From Pseudomonas aeruginosa (GTDB taxonomy: Bacteria > Pseudomonadota > Gammaproteobacteria > Pseudomonadales > Pseudomonadaceae), in contig NZ_LN831024.1 of assembly GCF_001457615.1 (NCBI RefSeq), forward strand, positions 90,001 to 122,000: 32,000 nucleotides of DNA. Reading direction: 5' to 3'. Shown here piece by piece: positions 24,939 through 31,238 of this stretch; position 1 is the first letter of the stretch, and each line of letters opens with the position of its first letter. The position numbers and the translations under genes were made by a program. Below the pieces are notes generated by a model. The model was not told the DNA's origin. It saw only the letters and a program-made list of their open reading frames with translations, and did not search any database.

Positions 24939-25191
24939 TGTGTTAACCCCTTCCCTAGGATTCTGAGTGAGTCATTGCTGGACAAAAGCTTTACGGAATG
25001 TTGCTCGCGAATCAAGGCTTTCCTGGCCCGGAGCGGCCTTTCGTGATGGCCTTCTGCCTGTTCGCCGTCGGTCGGGGCGCTCGTCGGAATCTGTGTCACG
25101 CATCTCCCCTTTCCACCGCATCCGCGCCTATGCTGCTTGGGTGGTGCCGCTCCAACGGCGCCAGTGATGGACGTGGATCAAGGATGATTTC
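24939..25191. promoter_or_regulatory. Divergent intergenic control region between eagT6 (minus) and vgrG1b (plus)
   Basis: 253 bp of non-coding sequence with visibly lower GC than the flanks. It must hold promoters for both cassettes. I could not identify convincing -35/-10 boxes. Three GGA motifs lie in the last 24 nt before the vgrG1b ATG. Confidence 0.5.
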
Positions 25192-26782
25192 ATGGCACTT
25201 GCGCAACAGACCCGCCTGGTCCGGGTCGACAGTCCGCTCGGCGCGGAGGTCCTGCAATTGCAGCGAATGGAGGGTCGCGAAGAGCTCGGCCGGCCGTTCG
25301 CCTACGAGCTGGAACTGATCTCGGAAAACCCCGACCTGCCACTCGACGGGCTGCTGGGCAAGCCGGCCAGCCTGGCGCTGGAACTGCACGACGGCAGCCG
25401 GCGGCATTTCCACGGCATCGTCGCCGCTTGCAGCCAGGGATCCGGCAACGGCCAGTTCGCCAGCTACCAGGTCACCCTGCGCCCCTGGCTGTGGCTGCTG
25501 ACGCGCACCTCCGACTGCCGCATCTTCCAGAACCAGAAGGTCCCGGACATCATCAAGCAGGTGTTCCGCGACCTCGGCTTCTCCGACTTCGAGGACGCCC
25601 TGAGCCGCTCCTACCGCGAGTGGGAATACTGCGTGCAGTACCGCGAGACCAGTTTCGACTTCGTCAGCCGGCTGATGGAGCAGGAAGGCATCTACTACTG
25701 GTTCCGCCACGAGCAGAGCCGCCACATCCTGGTGCTCTCCGACGCCTACGGCGCGCACCAGAGCCCGCCGAACTACGCCAGCGTGCCCTACTACCCGCCG
25801 ACCCTGGAACAGCGCGAGCGCGACCATTTCTACGACTGGCACATGGCGCGCGAGGTGCAGTCCGGCTCACTGAGCCTCAACGACTACGACTTCCAGCGTC
25901 CCGGCGCGCGCCTGGAGGTGCGTTCGAACATCGCCCGCTCGCACGCGGCGGCCGACTACCCGCTGTACGACTACCCCGGCGAATACGTGCAGAGCCAGGA
26001 CGGCGAGCAGTACGCGCGGACCCGCATCGAAGCCTTGCAGGCGCGCTACGAACGGGTGCGCCTGCGCGGCCGCGCCCGCGGCCTGGGTTCGGGCCACCTG
26101 TTCAAGCTCAGCGGCTACCCGCGCGAGGACCAGAACCGCGAGTACCTGGTGGTCGGCGCCGAGTACCGGGTGGTCCAGGAACTCTACGAGACCGGCGGCG
26201 GCGGGGTCGGCGCGCAGTTCGAGAGCGAGCTGGACTGCATCGATGCCGGCCAGGCCTACCGCCCCTTGCCGACCACTCCGCTGCCGATCGTCCGTGGCCC
26301 GCAGACTGCGGTGGTGGTCGGGCCCAAGGGCGAGGAGATCTGGACCGACCAGTACGGCCGGGTCAAGGTGCATTTCCACTGGGACCGCCACGACCAGTCC
26401 AACGAGAACAGCTCCTGCTGGATGCGCGTCTCCCAGGCCTGGGCGGGGAAGAACTGGGGCTCGATCCAGATCCCGCGGATCGGCCAGGAAGTGATCGTCA
26501 GCTTCCTCGAAGGCGACCCGGACCGGCCGATCATCACCGGGCGGGTCTACAACGCCGAGCAGACGGTGCCCTACGAGCTGCCGGCGAACGCTACCCAGAG
26601 CGGCACCAAGAGCCGTTCGAGCAAGGGCGGCACGCCGGCCAACTTCAACGAGATCCGCATGGAGGACAAGAAGGGCGCCGAGCAGTTGTTCATCCATGCC
26701 GAGAAGAACCAGGACATCGAGGTCGAGAACGACGAGACCCACTGGGTCGGCCACGACCGGACCAAGACCATCGACCACGACG
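25192..26782 (+). repeat. Copy 2 of the dispersed direct repeat of about 1.6 kb (vgrG1b N-terminal part)
   Basis: See copy 1 (20860..22450). It has the same orientation and a 4332-nt offset. Confidence 0.9.
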
Positions 26783-27417
26783 AGACCGTGCACGTGAAGC
26801 ACGATCGCACCGAGACCGTGGACAACAACGAGACCATAACCATCGGCGTCGACCGCACCGAGAAGGTCGGCAACAACGAGAAGATCAGTATCGGCGCGAA
26901 CCGCACCGAGGACGTCGGCAGCAACGAGACCATCAGCATCGGCGTCGACCGCACCGAGAAGGTCGGCAGCAACGAGAAGATCAGCATCGGTGCCAATCGC
27001 ACCGAGGACGTCGGCAACGACGAGACCATCAGCATCGGCGCGAACCGTAGCGAGTCGGTGGGCAACAACGAGACGATCAGCATCGGCGCCGACCGCAGCG
27101 AGTCGGTGGGCGCCAACGAGACCATCGACATAGGCGGCAACCAGAGCACCAGCATCGGCAAGAACGAGTCGCGCAGCGTCGGCCAGGGCCGCGATACCTC
27201 GGTGGGCAAGGACGATAGCCTGGACGTGGGCAAGAGCTTCACGCTCAACGCCGGCGACTCGATCACCCTGGTCACCGGTGCCGCCAGCATCCGCATGAAG
27301 AAGGACGGCAGCATCGTCATCAGCGGCAAGAACATCACCATCGACGGATCCGGGGCGATCAACGTCAAGGCCGACAAGAACGTGGTGGTGAAGGGACGCA
27401 AGATCCTCCAGAACTGA
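25192..27417 (+). CDS. vgrG1b: VgrG1b spike protein with extended repetitive C-terminal beta-helix
   Basis: 741-aa ORF. The N-terminal ~530 aa are paralogous to VgrG1a. The C-terminal part consists of 16-aa repeats, and the terminal motif is SIRMKKDGSIVISGKNITIDG. Confidence 0.95.
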   Translation: MALAQQTRLVRVDSPLGAEVLQLQRMEGREELGRPFAYELELISENPDLPLDGLLGKPASLALELHDGSRRHFHGIVAACSQGSGNGQFASYQVTLRPWLWLLTRTSDCRIFQNQKVPDIIKQVFRDLGFSDFEDALSRSYREWEYCVQYRETSFDFVSRLMEQEGIYYWFRHEQSRHILVLSDAYGAHQSPPNYASVPYYPPTLEQRERDHFYDWHMAREVQSGSLSLNDYDFQRPGARLEVRSNIARSHAAADYPLYDYPGEYVQSQDGEQYARTRIEALQARYERVRLRGRARGLGSGHLFKLSGYPREDQNREYLVVGAEYRVVQELYETGGGGVGAQFESELDCIDAGQAYRPLPTTPLPIVRGPQTAVVVGPKGEEIWTDQYGRVKVHFHWDRHDQSNENSSCWMRVSQAWAGKNWGSIQIPRIGQEVIVSFLEGDPDRPIITGRVYNAEQTVPYELPANATQSGTKSRSSKGGTPANFNEIRMEDKKGAEQLFIHAEKNQDIEVENDETHWVGHDRTKTIDHDETVHVKHDRTETVDNNETITIGVDRTEKVGNNEKISIGANRTEDVGSNETISIGVDRTEKVGSNEKISIGANRTEDVGNDETISIGANRSESVGNNETISIGADRSESVGANETIDIGGNQSTSIGKNESRSVGQGRDTSVGKDDSLDVGKSFTLNAGDSITLVTGAASIRMKKDGSIVISGKNITIDGSGAINVKADKNVVVKGRKILQN
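26752..27231 (+). repeat. In-frame tandem repeat, 10 units of 48 nt (16 aa), inside vgrG1b; the core is a near-identical 96-nt duplication (26842..26937 and 26938..27033)
   Basis: Periodicity was read directly, with unit starts at 26752 + 48n. The peptide pattern is xxR(T/S)E(x)VGxNExIxIG. Confidence 0.9.
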
Positions 27418-27444
27418 AGCGGCGCAGAGCCAGGGAGTCAGCGC

Positions 27445-27894
27445 ATGAGTGTCGAGATCCATCTACCCGGGGCCGCGACGGCCCTTCCCGCGCGCCTGGA
27501 CGGTGTGGTCATCGGCGTCCTCCTCGACGTGCCGGACGCCGCCGCTCCGGTGGTCGCCTATCCCGGTTGCCCGAGCGAGCACGGCCTGGCGGCGGCCACC
27601 ACCACCCAGCTCAGTCGCGCCGACATCGGCGCCCAGGTAGCGCTGATGTTCGTCGCCGGCGATCCGCGCCAGCCGCTGCTGATCGGCCGCATCCAGCGCC
27701 TGCCGCAGGAAGCGCTGGCGCAACTGGACGGCGAGCGCCTGGAGTTCAGTGCCGAACGCGAGATCGTCCTGCGTTGTGGCAAGGCCAGCATCACCCTGAC
27801 CCGCGCCGGCAAGGTGATCATCCGTGGCGCCTATCTTTCCAGCCGCTCCACCGGGGTCAACCGGATCAAGGGCGGTTCGGTGCAGATCAACTGA
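27445..27894 (+). CDS. PA0096-like small protein; by eye a gp5/gpV-type OB-fold plus VgrG-like C-terminal strand motif (function uncharacterised)
   Basis: 149-aa ORF with SD CAGGGAG 8 nt upstream, starting 27 nt after vgrG1b. IGAQVALMFVAGDPRQPLLIGRI resembles VgrG IGQEVIVSFLEGDPDRPIITGRV. CGKASITLTRAGKVIIRG resembles VgrG1b TGAASIRMKKDGSIVISG. Confidence 0.85.
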   Translation: MSVEIHLPGAATALPARLDGVVIGVLLDVPDAAAPVVAYPGCPSEHGLAAATTTQLSRADIGAQVALMFVAGDPRQPLLIGRIQRLPQEALAQLDGERLEFSAEREIVLRCGKASITLTRAGKVIIRGAYLSSRSTGVNRIKGGSVQIN

Positions 27895-27910
27895 GCGCGG
27901 CGGGCCCGAC

Positions 27911-29023
27911 ATGGAACTGTTGAACGCCACCCCGCTGGCCGCCGCCTACAACCAGGGGCTCGACGCCGAAGGCCGGGAGTCGCTGGTGGTGATCGCCAAG
28001 GGCAGTTTCGACCTGCCGCTGGACGGTCGCGAGGCGCGCCTGCTGGACGAGCAGCAGACGCTGCTGATGGTCGATGAATTCTATGGCGAGCCGGGGTTTT
28101 CCGCGCCGCGCCGGGAGTGCGAGTTCGTTCCCTTCAAGCCGTTCTGCGATGTGCTGGTGCTGGGCAGCGCCCAGGCGCCCGGCGGGCGGCCGGTACAGCA
28201 GTTGACCGCGGGCATCCGCGTCGGCCGGGTGAGCAAGGCGCTGACGGTGCATGGGCCGCGCCAGTGGGAACCGGGATTGCTCGGTGCCGGCGCGGGCGTC
28301 GCGCAGCCGTTCCAGAGCCAGGACATTTCCTACGCCAGTGCCTTCGGCGGCAGCCATGCCTCGCCGGACAACCCCGGTTTCATGGATTGCTACATGGCCA
28401 ATCCGGCCGGATGTGGCTGGTTTCCGCGCAGCGCCGACACCGCCGAGATCGTCGGCACGCCGATGCCGGCCACGGAAAAGCTCGGCGAGCCGGTGGACAG
28501 CCCCCACGGCCGCTTCACGCCGATGGCGCTCGGCCCGCTCGGCCGCCACTGGCAGGCCCGGGTCGGCTTCGCCGGCCGCTACGACGACGCCTGGCTGGCC
28601 GAGCGCTTCCCGTTCCTGCCCGCCGACTTCGACGAGCGCTACTTCCAGTCCGCGCCGGCCGACCAGTGGACCGACCATCTGCGCGGCGGCGAGGAGGTCC
28701 TGCTGCTCAACCTCACCGGCGAGGAGCGCGCGGCCTTCCGCGTGCCGCGCAGGGAGGTCCCGGTGACCTTCTTCCTGAAAAAGGGTGGCCACGAAACCGC
28801 GCAGGCACGGATCGATACCCTGCTGGTGGACTGCGACGCCCGTCGCGTGGAAGTCACCTGGCGCATTCGCCGACCGTTGAAGCGCAACCTGTTCGAGATC
28901 GCCCAGGTGCTGGTCGGCAGCAAGTCCGCCGCCTGGTGGCGCGCCCGCGAGCTGGGCAAGGACTACTACCCCTCGCTTGCCGCGTTGGCACGCAGCCGCC
29001 AGGCCGAGGAGGACGAGGCATGA
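27911..29023 (+). CDS. DUF2169-family protein (PA0097-like), adaptor/chaperone class associated with DUF4150 PAAR-like effectors
   Basis: Track ORF 27824..29023 was trimmed to the ATG at 27911 (MELLNATPLAAAYNQGLDAEGRESLVVIAKGSFDLPLDG..., the typical DUF2169 N-terminus). Length is 370 aa. Confidence 0.88.
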   Translation: MELLNATPLAAAYNQGLDAEGRESLVVIAKGSFDLPLDGREARLLDEQQTLLMVDEFYGEPGFSAPRRECEFVPFKPFCDVLVLGSAQAPGGRPVQQLTAGIRVGRVSKALTVHGPRQWEPGLLGAGAGVAQPFQSQDISYASAFGGSHASPDNPGFMDCYMANPAGCGWFPRSADTAEIVGTPMPATEKLGEPVDSPHGRFTPMALGPLGRHWQARVGFAGRYDDAWLAERFPFLPADFDERYFQSAPADQWTDHLRGGEEVLLLNLTGEERAAFRVPRREVPVTFFLKKGGHETAQARIDTLLVDCDARRVEVTWRIRRPLKRNLFEIAQVLVGSKSAAWWRARELGKDYYPSLAALARSRQAEEDEA

Positions 29024-30057
29024 GCCAGGCCCTGAGCATCGTCGCTTCCGGCATGGTCAGCGCGGTGGGTCTCAGCGCGCCGGCCAGCTGCGCGGCGATC
29101 CGCTGCGCCCTGGACAACTTCCAGGAAACCCGTTTCATCGACCAGGGCGGCGAATGGTTGCTTGCCGCCAGCGTGCCGCTGGAGCAGCCCTGGCGCGGCC
29201 GCGCCAAGCTGCTGAAGATGGCTGCGCGAGCCATCGACGAGGCCTTGCGCGGCCAGCCCGATCTCGATTGCACGGAGCTGCCGCTGCTGCTCTGCGTCGC
29301 CGAGGGCGACCGTCCCGGACGCTGCGCGGGGCTCGACGAGTCTTTCCTGCGTGACCTGGAAGGCGAGCTGGGACGACGCTTCCATCCCTCCTCGGCACTC
29401 ATCGCCCGTGGCCGGGTCGGTGGCGCGGTGGCCCTGCTCAACGCGCGCAAGCTGATCCAGGGCGGCTGCCGGCAGGTCCTGGTGGCCGGCGTCGACTCCT
29501 TCGTCAGCGGCCCGACCCTGGCCGCCTACGAGGCCCGCGAGCGGCTGCTGACCAGCCAGAACTCCAACGGCTTCATTCCCGGCGAGGGCGCCGCCGCCGT
29601 GCTGGTCGCCGCGCCGCTCCACGAGGAGGCGCCGCAGCTGCTCTGCATCGGCCTCGGCTTCGGCGTCGAGAAGGCCACGGTGGAGAGCGAGGACCTGCCG
29701 CTGCGCGCCGACGGCCTGAGCCAGGCCGTGCGCGCCGCCCTCGCCGAGGCTGGCTGCGGCCTGGAGCAGATGGACTACCGGCTCACCGACATTTCCGGCG
29801 AGCAGTACTACTTCAAGGAGGCCTCGCTGACCCTGAGTCGCAACCTGCGCGTGCTCAAGCCGAAGTTCGACCTCTGGCACCCCGCCGACTGCATCGGCGA
29901 ATGCGGCGCCGCCATCGGCCCGGCGTTGCTCGCCGTGGCCCTGGCCGCTTCGCGCAAGGGCTACGGCGACGGGCCGAACGTGTTCTGCCACCTGGGCAAC
30001 GACGCCGGCGAACGCGCCGCCGCGCTGCTCAGCTATCGACGGGTGAGGGCTGCCTGA
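29020..30057 (+). CDS. Beta-ketoacyl-synthase-like (thiolase-fold) protein, PA0098-like, probably catalytically degenerate
   Basis: Track ORF 28117..30057 was trimmed to the ATG at 29020, which makes an ATGA overlap with the PA0097 stop. Length is 345 aa. The N-terminus (IVASGMVSAVGLSAP) and the segment NSNGFIPGEGAAAVLV are KS-like. Confidence 0.85.
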   Translation: MSQALSIVASGMVSAVGLSAPASCAAIRCALDNFQETRFIDQGGEWLLAASVPLEQPWRGRAKLLKMAARAIDEALRGQPDLDCTELPLLLCVAEGDRPGRCAGLDESFLRDLEGELGRRFHPSSALIARGRVGGAVALLNARKLIQGGCRQVLVAGVDSFVSGPTLAAYEARERLLTSQNSNGFIPGEGAAAVLVAAPLHEEAPQLLCIGLGFGVEKATVESEDLPLRADGLSQAVRAALAEAGCGLEQMDYRLTDISGEQYYFKEASLTLSRNLRVLKPKFDLWHPADCIGECGAAIGPALLAVALAASRKGYGDGPNVFCHLGNDAGERAAALLSYRRVRAA

Positions 30058-31217
30058 TGGCCAACGAGGTGTACGCCAACAACATGGAGATCTCCTGCAA
30101 GGCGGCGAGCGGCAAGTCCATCGCGGCCTTCCCGGATGTCTGCTTCACCCCGCCGCAGGCGCCGCCGACGCCGTTGGGGGTACCGATCCCCTACCCCAAT
30201 ACCGGCCTGTCCAAGGACACCACCAAAGGTACCCGGACCATTCGCATCACCCGCAAGGAGGTGATGCTGAAGAACAAGAGCTACTACAAGACCAGCTACG
30301 GCGACGAGCCGGGGCGGGCGCCGAAGAAGGGCATCGTCACCAGCAAGATCAAGGGCAAGGTGTACTTCACCTCCTGGTCGATGAACGTCAAGTTCGAAAG
30401 CAAGAACGTGGTTCGCCACCTCGACCTGACCACCCACAACCACGCGTCCTTTCCTGGCAATACGCCGGTCTGGCCCTACCTCGACCAGGCCACCGTCGAT
30501 GCTGGTGGTGGACCGTGCAGCAATGAAGTGAAGAAGGAGAAGAAGGATTGCGCTGACTTCAAGCCGCATGGCAGCAAGGATGCCTGCGCTGGCCTTGGCG
30601 CGGGCAAGCCTTCCGGCAAGAAGACCAGCAACGAAGCTGACCGACTGGCAGACAAGGTCGCTGCCCGAAAATGCCTGACCGCGCGCCGGTGTGCCCTGCA
30701 ACCGTACAAGCCGAACAGTTGCTGCCCGCAGCAGACCGCTCACCACCTGATCGAGGCCAGCGCCTTGCACGACAAGGGACGTGGTGGAAAAGGCTCGGTA
30801 CCCCTCAAGGGGATATCCAACTATTCGGAGAACAAGGCTCCTTGCGTCTGCGCGGAGGGCGTCAATCAGAACGTGGGTACCCACGGCCTCATGCACACGT
30901 TCCAGAGCGCTGCTGCCGCGAAGTCGCGCAGTGGAACCCTGCAATTGTCCAATGGCAGCTCCATCTCCGCGAAGAAGACCACCTACGGAACGGCGAAACG
31001 TCAATCCATGGCTGCCATGGGCAAGGTCTTTCCGCAGTCGAAATGCTCGAAGGAATGTCTGTCCGCTCAGCTCGACAACTATCACAAGCAGTGCGGAATC
31101 AACGCCAGAACACCCATCAAGGCCGTTGAAACCGGCCAGACCGACGTCACGGCTGCGACGCAGGCGATAAAGACCCGCAATGCGCGTCTTGGCGCCACGA
31201 GGAGTCGAGTCCGCTAG
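30057..31217 (+). CDS. tse7: Tse7: DUF4150 PAAR-like N-terminal domain fused to a Tox-GHH2 nuclease toxin
   Basis: Track ORF 29901..31217 was trimmed to the ATG at 30057 (TGATG junction with PA0098). Length is 386 aa. The N-terminus MANEVYANNMEISCKAASGKSIAAFPDVCFTPP is DUF4150-like. The C-terminus has His-rich GHH2-like motifs (TAHHLIEASALHD, GTHGLMHTF). Confidence 0.9.
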   Translation: MANEVYANNMEISCKAASGKSIAAFPDVCFTPPQAPPTPLGVPIPYPNTGLSKDTTKGTRTIRITRKEVMLKNKSYYKTSYGDEPGRAPKKGIVTSKIKGKVYFTSWSMNVKFESKNVVRHLDLTTHNHASFPGNTPVWPYLDQATVDAGGGPCSNEVKKEKKDCADFKPHGSKDACAGLGAGKPSGKKTSNEADRLADKVAARKCLTARRCALQPYKPNSCCPQQTAHHLIEASALHDKGRGGKGSVPLKGISNYSENKAPCVCAEGVNQNVGTHGLMHTFQSAAAAKSRSGTLQLSNGSSISAKKTTYGTAKRQSMAAMGKVFPQSKCSKECLSAQLDNYHKQCGINARTPIKAVETGQTDVTAATQAIKTRNARLGATRSRVR

Positions 31218-31238
31218 TGACCGTTACAGGAGATTGAA

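Noticed and set aside
24998-25318. 106-aa ORF starting in the eagT6-vgrG1b intergenic region
   Set aside because: It runs out of frame into vgrG1b. It has no SD and no recognisable domain.
26752-27231. Regularly spaced 48-nt repeats that superficially resemble a CRISPR-like array
   Set aside because: The repeats are contiguous with no unique spacers. They are in frame within vgrG1b, encode a 16-aa beta-helix motif, and are not palindromic. No cas genes are nearby.
26571-27401. 276-aa minus-strand ORF with a non-Arg-rich, repetitive Leu/Ser/Pro/Met composition
   Set aside because: It is the mirror image of the vgrG1b repeat array, so its repetitiveness is inherited from the sense strand. It has no SD or plausible start context. 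The sense frame has clear VgrG homology.
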